DNA of 59,792 bases from Parasitella parasitica NRRL 2501 (GCA_025201805.1 MU619238.1:452644-512435), one strand, 5' to 3'; positions 1-14,463 are shown, counted from the first letter of the stretch. The notes: generated by a model from the sequence alone, not told the origin. Translations and numbers: made by a program.

Positions 1-149
1 TTTCCTCTTGAATAAGTTCAATTAATTGCCTGCGGGATATGAAATCAGAGGTTTCCTTTTGGTCTCCTCAGGTTTCCCGACCCACATATAAATTTCAATA
101 AATATGAATGTGTGTCTAGATGCGAACTTTTTTTTTTCTTGCTTCATTG

Positions 150-1219
150 TTAATACCTAGAGTGTCTATCAGAAGGACGAAACGTAGATGATGTTGAAGC
201 AGAAGCAGCAGACATAGAAGAAGGTCTACCTGCAAGCTGTGATCGTGATGATACATACAGGGAGGAGTTGTTGTTGATGTTGCTGCTGCTGTTGCTGTTG
301 CTATTGAGTGCACGACGAGACTATAAACAAGATGTTAAGATTTCACACACACACACACACACTAAAATAGACCTCAACTTACCATATTTAACGAGGAAAC
401 AGATGAAGAAGATGCATTTTGAATTTGAGATTGTTGTACGGATGTATGGGGATTTGAGTAGGATGAGCGAGCATTGCTGTAGGGATAATTTCGATTATCG
501 TTGCCATAGAAACGAGTCGGAGACCTGCGTTCGTGATAGTAATTGCTATACCGAGATATCGGTCTACTGAATTCAGTGTGGCTAATACTACGAGGTCTTA
601 CAATAGGCCTTGCCTTGAGGCTATTGTCTCTGTCTCGACTTTGGGATCTTGATCTTTCCACGGTGGGTTTTGCACTTGATTGCTCCAAAACGGGCTTTTC
701 ATTGTTCACAGTAACAGTAGCAGAAGTTCCAAAATCAGCAGCAGCGATGGTTTGCTGCTGTGGTTGTGGTTGTGGAGCGGGTGATGCTGGAGCAGGCTGT
801 GATAATAGATTCTTCATGGTTTGGAATAGACTGTGCTTTTCTTCTTTCAACTTTTTAATCTTTTCACGGATAGCATCAGAAGATTCAAGCGCCATTGTTG
901 ATGAAGATGAGGAGGAAGACGAGGATTTTGATAAAGACATGACAGGGGATGGAGGGGAATCTGGAATCGTGCTATTGGAAGCAGCCGTTTCAAAGGTATC
1001 GTTTTGTTCATCATCAAAGGTACAGGATTCAATAGGAGGGGAAGGCAAGCCATTATCTAGATGAAGGTATTGAATTTCATGCTTGGATGCGATACTGGAA
1101 GGAGGGGACAAAGGTTGCTTGTTGTGCTCGTTTCGTTGCTTGATGCGTTGCACTATACTAGTACGAATAGCATTCATATTCATGGGAGGTTGGAATTCAT
1201 AACGATTACTTGTTGCCAT
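150..1219 (-). CDS. Hypothetical Ser/Pro-rich protein with a short coiled coil, 2 exons
   Basis: 281-aa ORF 374..1219. GTAAG donor at 382 and AG acceptor at 322-321; exon 2 reads SRRALNSNS...DRHSRY to TAA at 152-150. Coiled-coil-like segment DAIREKIKKLKEEKHSLFQTMKNLL. Confidence 0.65.
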
Positions 1220-4086
1220 CTTGAGTTTTGATTGTTGTTTTGGAATAAGGGAAAAGAGAGTGAAAATGAAAAAAAAGGGATTTTTCTTCCTTTTTATTCA
1301 AAGAAAAACGAAAAAAGAGAAAGAGCATACAACCAAGAAAGAGCATGGCAGATTTTGCTTGGGGAAAGCATGCGTCACCTTGAGTGAGCAGGTTACATTT
1401 TTACGGAGGGTCAATTGTACAACAACAAAATATTTCAGATTGTATCCACATCTACACATGGCGATTTCGCCCATCTCATCTCTTTTTTGTCTGTTTGCAA
1501 ACGCATGAACCGAATCTGTTGCGTATATCAAATGAGTTGTAAACGGATGTAGAAGGGAGGATTTGAACGACACCCTGTCAGGAAATTTCTCCAAACATAA
1601 AGTCTCAGCATATCTTGTTCTCTCTCTCTATCTCACACGACATTAATACATATTCTAGCTTGATCTTGCATATTCTTTTTTTTCGATTGAGAGGGGGCGA
1701 AGGAAAAGAGCAGGAGGAGAGAGAGGGAAAAAGGAAATAACGACTATACTATATAAATTATATTGTAAAAATGAAACGATCTGTATCACCCTATGATATT
1801 TGTCTGTCTGCAACCAACTCCTCTCTGTATTCTTTTGGCACAATATTATTTCTCATTTTAAACAAACTGCATATCTGATATGTAATGCTTGGATAATTAG
1901 TGTGTGAATATGTGCGTATAGGACAAGATATCATCACATGGAGGCACTCCTCTCCTAAATTTTTGATTTCATTTTGATTCCCTGCTTTGATTCTTTCATG
2001 ATATCCTGAGCTTCCTTACTATGGCGAGCGTTTTGTCAGTGATAAAATCTCGTTATCGAATAAGTCAGGTGAACTTTGTTTAAGTTCAATGAAATTTAAT
2101 CAATAACAACCCTGCGCTAGAGAAGGTAAACTTTCAGAGGTCTTTCAAAATTATATATCTCACCAGTGTTGATGAGAGCATCATAGAGTCCAAACAGGAG
2201 ATGAAACGATATGCTAAATATCTAAATATCTTCAACAGATGCTCCCAACATCTTCAAGACATCCGTCGTGCAATTTAATCAATAAACAGACATCAGGGAG
2301 CGTCTCGTGTACAGAAAAGCTTTATCATCGGATACACATTCACCATACATCCTAGATTATATGTGAAAAGTAAGATCACCAACATAACATGCCACTGTTG
2401 TTTACACAGCTTTTTCATTTTTTTTTTTTTTTTTTTTTTTTTNNNNNNNNNNNNNNNNAAAAATTTCGATTGACCGCGAAACTTTTCACTCATGAAAATA
2501 AAAAAGAGTGATCAGTATTATAAAGCCAAGCTTAACCTTTCTTGTTTCGTTCAGGAAAAGATATACCGATTATTCAGCAAACTTGCAATATTCGAAACTT
2601 TTTTAATATGAAGTAAGGAAACACCAGGTTGGTTGCTTTTGGTCTTTTTTTATAGACAAATTTTGGAGTCAAAAAAAAAAATTTTTTTTCCTTGAATCGG
2701 TCTGTTCTACATTGACTGTTTCATGGAGACAGCAGTTTCTTTTGCGGCTTTGAAGTCTGGATTTGGTCATGGTAATTGCTAAAGAAGACTAGTTTTCTTT
2801 TAGTTCATAAATAACGGCATACTATTTCTTTATACTGTATTGTTGTGTGGTGGCGCATACCAGGTCGTCTCTTTGCCTCCCCCACATAATATAGTCAAAC
2901 GATCAGAACACCCCCCCCATATAAATAGTATATATTTTATCATCGTTAAACAAATAAAACAACAGTCTTTATTCCCATAACCATTAGTTTTGGTAGCTTT
3001 GGTTATATCTCTGTTGTGTGTTGTGTATTCGTATTGAGTAATCGCTTAGTTTTAAATCCTATATCAGGTAAATATCGGTCCACGCAACAGTATCTGATAT
3101 TTCTATCAAAATGTATTTTAAACATTTATATGTCTCAGTAGCTCAAAAAAAAAAAAGAAAAAAAAATTACAAAAGGTCTAAAACGGAGCGCACAGAATAC
3201 TTGAAGATTTACTGAAAAGACAAAAATACTGTTAAAAGCAAATCAATTCCTAAAAAGTCGCATTTTGAGCAAGGAAGGCATATCCTAAAAAAGATGATAT
3301 TTGGGCCTATGCGGACTTTTAATTGTTTCATTCAAAACTTTTTCATTCTGAATACTTTTGACATCCCAAATTTGTTTTTTGATATTTCCATCATTAAAAA
3401 TTGATTTTTTTCTTTTGAGTCTTTAAGCTTTCCAGTGCGATATTCAATTATCTATCTTTTGAATTTAGTTTCATCTCAATCGGATGTCATTGTATCAAGT
3501 AATTTGCAAAAAACCTAGATATGGTTTTTGTCACAAAAGTTTATTTTTAGAATAAGCAATAGCCTTTCTAAACATTTGCTTATGAGAGGCATTGCTTCTA
3601 GGGTCATTCTGTATTATAGGTTGACCAGTAAATTTTGTCGATTTGGGGACGAAAATCGACATCGTTTGGTTTCAGTGATTTTTTATGAGGGATTCCTCAT
3701 GAAAAAAAGCAGAAAATTAGTGATTTTTTCATGATTCTGAAAATAGCTAAAATTGATGTAGAATTATGTGTTGAGGTTCTAGCAGTCGATTGAAGTTGGT
3801 TTGAGCGAATTCTGAGCAATATATGTTGAGAAAACGCGTATAAACGTTTAAGCTGGACAACGGTTACACCAGCCAATACTGAGCATTTGTTGTACAATGA
3901 AAACAACCCTACCCAATAACCGCCAAGTTGCCACGACGAACTGCATGACAACTAAATAGCTATACTTTACACTCGTTTGAAAACAGAATAATGAAATGAC
4001 TAACTATGGGCATATTGAAACAACGTTTTGTTTATTCGTATCTATACTATATTTACATATTAAATTACATACTATACTGGGTTTAC

Positions 4087-6181
4087 TTAATGATTTTTCT
4101 TGTTGGGATGACAGTTGGGGTCCGCTAAATCATAATATGATGAAGGTGGAGGATATGGACCTTTGAATATGATTTTAATTACATTTCGAATGATGCCAAC
4201 AGCTTTTTTCACTCGTTTGCGACTTTTCCCTTCTTTTTTGTTCTTCTTTTCAGGTAATGTCTTGAATGAAGCTGTTGTTGCTGTTGCTGTTGCTGACGCC
4301 GATGCGGATGCGGACGCTGACATTGGCGCTGAGGCGGTGGCTGTTGCTATTGCGGATGCTGTTGCTATTGCAGAAGCTATTGTGGATGTTTTGGCTGCTA
4401 ATTTTGACTGTTCTTGATGCTCACAGCCATTGACTACTTGATCAGGCCACTTGACATACGACTTCATCCAGGGATGAAACATGACGAGATCATACGAAGC
4501 TCTGGAGTGTTCTGGCGAAAGCATTCTTTGTAGTAAATCACGAGCATCTAAAAAAAAAAAAAAAAAAGAAAGGGACTAAATGAGTAATTGAACGCTGCAT
4601 CGTATTGCAAACACAACATACCAGATGACAACGTCTTTGGCAGAATGAAATCAGATGTGAACATTTTTCGAAACAAATCTCGGTGAGACAGGCCGCAAGC
4701 AGTCGAGCCACGTTCTCCGTTGTTGGCAAAAAATGGAAATTTGCCTACCAACATACGGTATAATGAAATGCCCAATGCCCAAATATCGCTTGGCTCGTAA
4801 TTAAAGGAAGAGCGAACCGATAATTCTGGTGCAATGTATTGTAGCGATCTGCAGATGGTAACATGATTAATTTCTTCTATAATACTAGATTATATACACA
4901 TGTGTTAGTGATAACCTACCCTCCAAATTCCAGGTAATCTTCTCTCCCTCCATCTTTTAAAACAAAAGAAATGCCTTGGACATTATCTTTTTCATCGAAT
5001 ATAAGGAACATATCTTTCGGGCAGTCAGGACGACCGGGTGTGTACTGTTCATAAGCCTGTGCTACCAGCCTGCAGAATTGCAACTTGCATTCTTCTTCAT
5101 TGCCTACCAGACCTGAATCAAAATCAGGTTCAGCTGTGGGCTGGCATTTGGCAGGCCATTCAAAAATGGGTGCATAGAGGTCTTCCTCATCGTCATCGTC
5201 TTCAACCAGGATCATCTTTGGTGTCTGGTCGATGACGTTGGAAACGGATAAACTGTCTGTGTCTCCATCTTCGTTTGTGGTAATGCTGTCTTCGTACTTT
5301 GCATCGATTGGTATACTGGGTAATGGTTTAAATTTGCGAGGCGATACTGGAGGTGGTAATGACCATGATGAGCGTGCGGTATCATAGCCATCAAGGCTTA
5401 TGGTATCGTCATTGATAAATATGTTGTTGATGTTTCTGTTACTGATTGACATGAGAGTGGATGATGACCTGTTTCTTGGAATCGAATCTCCTTTAATAGA
5501 TATGGTTGAACGATTGTAGGTGTTAGTTGCTGTGGATGTACAAGATGCTTCTAATGACTCTTGGATTGTGTATAATTCTCTACCAGCAGTAACAATAGCA
5601 GAAGAAGATGTATTGCGGTGCAAAAAGCGATTTATATTTGATTGACATTCCTAAACGTATTAATATTAGATTTTTGAACAATAAAATAAACATGCTGCAT
5701 AGATTCCTTATTTAATCGTATCCAATATATTTTTAATGTATTCTACACCTCCCTTCCAACGTCTCTCTCCTTCAACCAATTTTTGATTTCATTGTGCCAA
5801 TTATGCGCTACAACCAATCATCTGAAGAGTTTAAATGAACTACAAACAGACCCCCCTTCCCCACCATTCTCACCAAATTCGTACCTTGAAAATCGGAGCC
5901 AACTCGGAAGTAGACCTGTCTACCTCCGAAAATTTAATGGATGTTGAACCGGGATTAGTGAGAGTAGAAGCAAAGTTGTTGTTGTCTTTTTGGGATGAGA
6001 TCAGAAAAGGTAGAGGTGGTTCGTTTGGCGATAATGTTCTCCAGTCCTGTGCTTTTTTCTCGATTGCTTTTTTATTGATTGAGGCTGGCGATTTCTTTTT
6101 AAAAAATGTTAATTTTTGCCACCAACTCTTTTCGGTTTTCAAATTCGATCTTGGTTTTGTCAACTTTTCGATTATTGGCAT
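4087..6181 (-). CDS. Protein kinase-like protein (CAMK-type C-lobe), probable pseudokinase; multi-exon
   Basis: Spliced exons give GSLQYIAPEL (subdomain VIII), SDIWALGISLYRMLVGKFPF (IX) and MLSPEHSRASYDLVMFHPW (XI). The upstream exon 6181-5885 joins in phase 0 to 5650; this join is less certain. Confidence 0.7.
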
Positions 6182-9100
6182 TTCTCTGTCTCTCTCTCTC
6201 TTTTCTTTTTCTAGAATACCAAAAAAAAGTCTTGATATTACTGATTCATACAAATTTTAAGGCTGGTAGAACACGGAGATGTACACTAGCTGTAGTAATT
6301 AAATCGATTGTATTCTACAAGTTGCGAAATCAAAAAACAAGAGAAAAAGATGAGAAAAAAAAAAGAACAAAATGTAAACAACTATATATATAGACTGCAA
6401 AGGTACATAATATATTATGTTCAAGGGTAGGAGGTTTAATTAAACTACAACAACATTTATGTATACCTTATCAAAATGCGAGACAAATTGACAAATGTGG
6501 AAACTAGCTCTTTCATTCTTTCGTGGTAAAACCAGCGAAACGACGATCTGTGCAGGCACTTTTCTCCCGCTGATCCGGATTTTTCTAATAGATTCAATAT
6601 TTATGCTCATTAATTAGACTTGAGATCAGTAATTGTCCAGCGCCCCTGTGGTTGAACCAGGAAAAAAGCATTGCCACTGATGCACCCGTAGGCGGCTTTC
6701 TCCTATATATATATACATATATATATACATGTGTATAATACAAGAAAATACCCCAAGATACTCCTCTTGCGACTATTTGAAGTATTCTGCCTATTGTTTT
6801 CCAACATCCCTGAAACATTTGCTCCATGTAAAAATGATCAGCAAAATATTACACAGAAATGTTTATACGTGAAGAAAAGTTCTGGAATGCTGGACAGTGG
6901 GCCTTCAAACATTATATTTTTCGATTGTATTTACTCATGTATGTATGCACTTGCAAAAAGGGAGATAGTTTGTCTTGAAAAAGGGGTTTCTTTTTTTAAT
7001 CTTCATTGTTGTGTAGAATATATAATATGTGAATGCAATTTTGCTGAGGATTAATAGAAGATTTGAGTGCTCGGCAGATTATTGCGTGTCTGAAGCAGGC
7101 ATATTTACCTCATTTCCAATTATATGGCCTGACTTTTCAACATTTACTCTTGACATCAGCAGGTATCAGCTCATCATTGTTATCAAAACAAATCTTTTCG
7201 CATATCCTTGCACATCTTGAACTATAATCATTTGAGTAGTACATAGCCTGTCTCACTAACTAGCAAGTTTCCGTTAGTCTTTGCTTGTTGTCTACTCTCA
7301 ATATTTTTTTGATACAAGTTTGGGATAATAAAGTTGAAAATTCTCTGTGAGGTATGGGTCAGTAGTGCAGTATGTGATAGTCGTTAAATCAAATTGGGAA
7401 CTGGCGTTTGCTTATCTCATGTTTGTTTGGCAAGGCTTAATTCAGCATGAAATTGCCACTTCTCTTACTCATCGCTCACCTAATAGTCCTCCTTTGTCAT
7501 CAAACAAGTGACAATAGTTGGTGAGTATTACAAGCAAACGGCTTCTCCTGAACGATGTCAAATTAACAATTGATTTTTGCTATTATACACTATCTCCTAC
7601 AAAAGTGTACTAATGTTACCGAGTCGTGGCCTTTACGTTTACGTTTAAATGAGTTGTTTAAAAATATTCCTACATTTGCTTTTTACAATAAATGGCATCG
7701 GGTTTCCTTTTGATGAAAGCGAAAACGCATAGATGTCAAACAGATATGTCTTTTTTCCTCAAACAAAAAAAAAACAAAAAAAAAGGTAAAATAAAGGCTA
7801 AGATGCTCATCGAAAAAGACTTGATGGAAACAACAGATCATCGAAAGTTAGAAAGAAATAATATCCAGAACAAGGCTAGCCCCAACTTTTGCAAAAAGAA
7901 AAAACGAGAAAGCTGTAGGAGAAGGTTTTACGGGGGCCACTTTCATTTTACTCGATGAAACATTTCAAAGTAGCTTTTGCAGTAAGTGTGGCATTACTGC
8001 TAACGTAGTAGAGATTTCTGCTAATCACAGCGAGGTGAAAGCTATTTGCGCTTGGTGAATCATGTAAAATCACCTTCAACCAGTCTCAGAAAACAGAGGG
8101 GACGATGACAAGTAAGAAGAACAGAAGAACAATGGTGACGAACAAGGGTAAGGAAATAATAAAAAAGGCATGCCCTACCTATTAGCCGGAAACATGTGAT
8201 AACTATCAAGTAGAGCTGTCAAACAATGATATCCAAAATTGAAGCATGGTCATGACATGTGCATTGATACTAATAGACTTGCGCTCGTAAGCCAGTCAAT
8301 TTTGTGTGAACGGTCTTTGGGAGAAAAGTATAGAGCCTACGCTTAAGCACTGCAAAGATTAATTCAGTATTGGAATATCGATTTAAAAACAACATATTTT
8401 GAGGGGCATGTTGTGATCTCTAAAAAAAAACAAAACAAAACAAAAAAAGATCAACTTATTTCGGTTAACCTAGTTATGGGTATTCCAAAAGCTCCTTTGT
8501 TCATCGGATGTCTCAAACAATATGACAGTTTATCGTGAAATCAAAGCCAGGGTGTGATAGCTGCTCATTAATCTGTTCATTTTGTATAATAGACTTCGAT
8601 CAACTTTGAAACACCCCTATGCATGGAAAGAGGAGAATCGCAGACTTTAAAGAATAACAAAGAGACATAGCATTGAAACTGTTTATATTAAACAACACCT
8701 ATAAACTCACCAATATGAATTTGCAAAAAAAAAAAAAAAAAAAAGGGATGTCTTGAGGTCGTTATCAGGATTAATCTTCACAGGAAGCAGGAGTTTCGTC
8801 AACCCACTTGAAGTCTATTATTTATTTGAATGAGTGAAGTTTACAATCTTTTCTTGGCGTTTCAAGTAACCTGCAATACTTGACCTGGCCGTTCTTCTGC
8901 ATATGTAGATCTGAAATATGTTTCCATTCAAGGCTTAACTAGTTGACATTTGTATCGAAATGTGGTTCCTGATTATCATGCCAGTGACAATAGGCTTTTG
9001 TCGAGTATCATTGCTTGTCTGACTCACATGGGAGATATATGTACTCGGCTTGCCAGATTTCATCCATAATATGAATGATTTCGTATGAGAAATGAATAGT

Positions 9101-9924
9101 GCCTGATTTCTTTCACATAATGAGCGCCACATGCCAAATCCATAGTTTTTCTCGATTGGCCTTATTTGCGAGAGCGGAAATAGACAATGGTGTGGTTTGC
9201 TATTAAACAATTAGCGAGAAAGGACGTTGGAAAGTAATATCGTATTGACAGTATTAACTCATTCAAACTCACTTTTCACTCAGGATAAGGAAGCCATGCA
9301 TACTGGCCGTTATGAATTGGATACAATTGTGTAATCATTTATCAGGCCAAGGGCTATTCCATTCAAGTATCTTGATGGCATTTATTACTTTGTTGCCCTT
9401 CATTTAGTAGGACTGAAAACTCCTCAGTAGTATTCCACTTCACTGCATGAATACGTCCAATGAAAGAACCAGATACTATCTCATAAATGTGGTACTATAT
9501 ATGGCGTTACTTTATCGATATCAAAGCATTGAAAATACATTTCTCAACCTCCCAATACTTTTTGGAGCCATCTGTATTGCATCTTACTGTTGGGGCAAAA
9601 ATATGTATTAAAAGCAAAAAAAAAACAAAAAAAGGGTCCTGGTCTATTCCCTATTGCTTTCGTTTAAACAATGCACACAACGAAATCGAAAATAAGATGA
9701 AATTATACGGAATCAAATTAACCAAAACGAGCTCGAAAGAAATCAAAAAAAGATGTGGCTAAAGTATTCTTCCCATTTGCCCTTTATCCACGTGAGAATT
9801 TGATGAATAAGTTTTGCGAATGATTTTTCACACCAAAATTGCGGGATTATTATTACTTTTGTAATGTATAAAATCATTGATGGATACGTATACGATGGAC
9901 ATCTTTCTTTTTAGCCTGGTCAAC

Positions 9925-11195
9925 ATGTATCTTGAACCAACATCTACCCATATTATTCCAGTACATCCCTCTTCTACAGAAGGTTGGAAAACACAAAAGT
10001 TATCAGCTGATAAGCATGAATTTCCTGGAAAGAACAGCAATAGAAAAGTAGCTTACTTGTGGTCTCATTCTAACGGCTTCCATAAAGAGTCGTTCCATCC
10101 ACTTATGAGAAGATTCAAAGATCACCTTCGCAGCCTAAGAGAGTATGACCAAACAGACATCACATTTATCTCCTGGGATGCCCGTAACCATGGCGACTCT
10201 GCTCGTTTGAATGAGAATGATTTATATGACTCATGTAAGAAAACCTTGTATCAAGTTGGTAGCTTTGCTTACGCATTGGAATATAGATCGATGGTCTGAT
10301 AATGCAATGGATACAAAGCAAATAATTGATGAATTCCAATTGAGTACAGGATACGATCAGTTTATTGGTATTGGCCATAGCTTCGGTGCTACATCTATGT
10401 ATGATATTATGACAGGTCTAGTTGCATAGTCTGACATATTTTTCTGCATATAGGATCTTGTGCGAATATTACTATCCAGGAACATTCAATGGTTTGTGTG
10501 TCATTGAGCCTGTGTTGTCTTCTGTCATGTACGATGGTGAAATCAAGGAGCAATTCCCAATTTTAGCATCTAGAAAGAGACGTGATGAATGGTCTAGTTT
10601 TGAAGATTGTCACAAGTCATTAGCATCAAGGGGATTTTTCAAGTTGCTGCACCCAGAAGTGCTAGACCTTTACGTGGTATGTATCAGGCATAAATTGATG
10701 GCAGGTTATGAATGCTAAATAATTTGTCACTACTAGAAATATGGGATGTACAAGACTGAAAAGGGCACAGTGAAGCTCAAATGTCCCAGAGAGCAAGAAT
10801 ACGTAAAGCAGAATTGATCATTTTACATCCCAACGGCGTGGATACTAACGTTCATTCTATGTAGCTTGTGTTTAAATTCTCCCAGTACGATACCTTTGTC
10901 GCCATGAGATCACTCCAAAACCTCAACATTCCTATTCACTTTGTTTATGCCCTGGACTCCACATTGTAAGTGTAGATCGTTAGAACAGCGTAAATTTACT
11001 CAACTCTTGAAAAACAGCGTTGCCCCTGAGGATGCTGTTTCAGTGACCGATATCAATAGAGAAAGGATTACCTTGGACTTTGTACCAGGAACTCATATGG
11101 TCCCTAACGAAACTCCTGATATTATCGTTCCTCATATCATGAAATTGACGGATAGAGTCAACAAGGAAGGAAGCAATACCAAGGCCAAGCTGTAA
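9925..11195 (+). CDS. Alpha/beta hydrolase (Lpx1-like), probably peroxisomal; multi-exon
   Basis: Motifs HSNGFHKE, WDARNHGDS and nucleophile elbow GIGHSFG; late His in GTHMVP; C-terminal AKL (PTS1). Start codon is approximate. Confidence 0.85.
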
Positions 11196-11220
11196 TAAGC
11201 ATTCAAATAAATGTATTTTA

Positions 11221-12515
11221 TTACGATAATTCTTGGATCTTGATCTTTTCAGCATCCTGCATTTGCTGTTGACGCTTTTTGATCGCATCTTGAGCTGCTT
11301 GAAAATCTCGCAAAAACTCTTGTTTTTCGATTTCAACTCGATCAGCTTCGTTTTGTATTGCCAACTGAATGACTCCGAGTCTATCTTTCTCCAAATACCC
11401 TGCTGCAGCTAGATAAAAGTGCAATTTGCGTGATGCAAGCAGGAAAGTTTTTCTTTTTTTCTTGTGTGCGTTGGTGATTTGATCAATGGTCTGCCAAAAG
11501 TCGTGCATGGCTCGAACGCAAACATTCAATAGGTCGCTCATATCCTGCAAAAGTAGTAATTTCAAACCGTATCTTTTTTGGTTGTCGAATGCTCGTTTTG
11601 CCATGATTGTGGTATTTTCTCGGTCAATGATACGTTCCGTCAAATCCCCCACCACATCCCCCACATTTTTAAAAGGGCAATCGGCAGCCTTGGAAAACAA
11701 CACATTCGCTGATAACTCTTGACACACATTTTCAGTGACCCCCGGGTCTTCTAGCATCTCCCCTAAGGTATGACGCATTAAATAGCTGTAGGTTGCTAGC
11801 AAATGAAGTAGGTTCCACACAATATGAGGGCTGGTTCGGGTAGTAGGCTGTGTTATTTTCGTGAAATCAGGCACTGTTTTCGGTAAATCAGGCATTCTAT
11901 CAGCTTGCGCCATTTCATCACTGCTCTCTTGTACCAGTGGCACATGATGCTTCCACCATGGTTGATAATTCGGTAGTTCCAGCTTCTCCCACTTTCCAGT
12001 TTTCTCCAAATGTTTCAATGCTTGTTCGAACTCGATTCTCTCTTTATCGGATAGCAGGCTCCAAATTAAATCAGGGTCTGTGTTCTCAATATCGATATTA
12101 GCAAAGCGATTCACTAATTCATTTTCATCATCATCATCACTCTCCAAAAGATCGGTGGGATCGTTTTCCTCCTCTAACCGCTTCAGCATCTCCAACATTT
12201 TGTGTTTGCTGTCTTTATCCAGCTCTCGATTCTGGATCTCGGCTGTTACGCTATCTTTGTAGAAAGATTCGGTGCAGTCTGCATGCTGAAGGTCCTTGTA
12301 GCAGGCTAGTGAACAGTACCGTAGATTGCAACGAGGACAGACATAGTTTGAGAATTGTTTTTGGCAGCTATTTAAAAGAGTTAGTGTGCAAATATCTGGA
12401 AGGGCATTTTTTTTTTCTTTTTTTTTTTTTGTATTTTTTACATTTCGCATAACGTTTGGTTTACAGATTCAAGTGCTTGATTATTATCGTTTTCAGTTGT
12501 TTTGATAGAAGACAT
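11221..12515 (-). CDS. Zinc finger HIT domain protein (ZNHIT2-like), 2 exons
   Basis: C..C...YVCPRCNLRYCSLACYKDLQHADCTESFY zf-HIT signature; short first exon MSSIKTT...TLCE. Confidence 0.85.
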
Positions 12516-12716
12516 GGTATATTGGAAAAGTTGCGATCGTCCTAAAAGCGAAAAAATCGTTTTGAGGCTTTTATACTGTGTCATCAGCGCGCTTGGGCAC
12601 CGTAGCCCCAAGAAAGAATGATTGGCTTTGAGGCAAGTAGCCAAACCTTGAAAATGTTTGAAAAAAATTTTTTTTCAAGAGGCACCTTGTATTCCTCTTT
12701 CTGCACTACACAAACC

Positions 12717-14295
12717 ATGGGTAACACTTGGTCAAGATCTGCGACACAGCAACCAGAAACCAAGAGTCAGGCCGTTGCTAGCACAGCAGCTGAAAAACAA
12801 GCGACCAGTGCCCAAGTTGGTGTCAAGCGCCTTGCAAATGAAAAAGACGTGAGTGATCCAGCTGCTAAAAAGTCCAAGAAAAGGGACGGTTGGGACAACA
12901 GAAAGCCAAAGAACAACAAGAACGAGACAAAAAAGCAAAAGACTCTTCAGGCACGACCAGAGCATTTGGGCCCTAGAGAACCTCGCATCCCTAAAAAGAA
13001 GGTTGCGCTCTTGGTTGGATTTAATGGAACCGGTTACCAAGGCATGCAGCTGTACGTTATATACTGTAAAAAAAAAAAAAAAAAAATCCTGATTTGTAAA
13101 TGTAGAAACCCAGGCTGTCTGTCTATTGAGAGTGTCATCTTTGAAGCCATGGTCAAAGCCAACGCTATTTCCAAAGACAATGCCGATGATCCCAAGAAAT
13201 CTGCTTGGATGCGTGCTGCTCGAACTGATAAAGGCGTCCATGCTGCAGGCAACTTGATTTCACTCAAGATGCAGATTCCTGAAGACTACGATGTTGTTGA
13301 GCGTATCAACAGCTTCTTGCCCCCTCAGATCCGTGTATGGGGCTACGTGCCTTGCATTCGATCGTTCCACGCTAAAAACCTGTGCGATTCTCGGATATAC
13401 GAGTATCTGCTTCCAACCTGCGCCTTTATGGCTCCAGAGAGCAAGATTTTGACAGACACACCCACGTTCGAGGACGACCTGGTCATTTCCAACAACAATG
13501 TCGTTGACCCCGTTGTGAAATATGCTACTCGCAGCACTCCCGAATTGAAGCAGCAGAGACACGATTATAGAGCAACGCAACAGCAGTTGGATATTTTTAC
13601 GGCAGCCATGAAATCATTCGAGGGCACGCACAACTTTCACAACTACACCAACCGTAAATCGTTCAAGGATAGGAGCTCTTATCGTTATATAATAAGCATC
13701 AATGTTTCCAAACCATTGTACATTGACGGCTCAGAATGGGTCAGCATCAAGCTGCATGGTCAGTCGTTCGTCTTGCATCAAATCCGTAAAATGATCTGTA
13801 AGTGATTGTGTAAAACGACCTTGTCTGCAGTACTGAATGTGAAATATACATGTAGCAATGGGCATGCTCATCACACGCAGCAACACACCCATATCACTCA
13901 TTCCAAAGACGTTTGAAGAGAACTGTATCAACGTCCCAAAGGCACCAGCATTAGGCCTTTTACTCGAGCGCCCCATCTTCCAAGTGTATAATGACAAGAT
14001 GAGAGGAAAGTCGAATCAAGTGGAAAGGGACATTGTTGATTTTGATCTATTCAAGGATGAAATCGACGCATTCAAAAACGACTGGATCTACAAAAAGATT
14101 TTTGAGGCCGAGAACCAAGAAGATGTATTTGATGGCTATTTGACGTCTTTGGACGCCCATCTCGGCAACGATTACGAATACCTGAACCCCGAAGGAGTGA
14201 TCCCAGAAAGCTGCTTGGTTTCCACAAAGTACAACAGACCCACCAAACAAGAGCTTGAAGACGAGGAACAGGAACAAGAACAGGATGATGAATAA
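12717..14295 (+). CDS. PUS1: tRNA pseudouridine synthase 1 (TruA family), 3 exons
   Basis: Motifs GFNGTGYQGMQ, catalytic ARTDKGVHA, GTHNFHNYT, GQSFVLHQIRKM and PKAPALGLLL. Confidence 0.93.
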
Positions 14296-14463
14296 GTTAC
14301 ACAGACTCCTTCAAGGTTTCTCCCCCACAATTAGAGCATGACTAAACGAAAATACCACGCTTTGATTCTCTTTTTTTTTTGTTTTTTTAAATAGGGCATT
14401 TTTTGTTTTTTTTGCTTTTCTTTGCTTTTCTCTCTTTCTGACAATTCACTAATAAAATAAACA

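Noticed and set aside
1600-3500. Possible transposon remnants
   Set aside because: No transposase motif or paired termini could be identified by eye.
6300-9800. Short ORFs in a 3.5-kb intergenic region
   Set aside because: No recognisable motifs or consistent splice pattern; may be decayed repeats but cannot be assigned.
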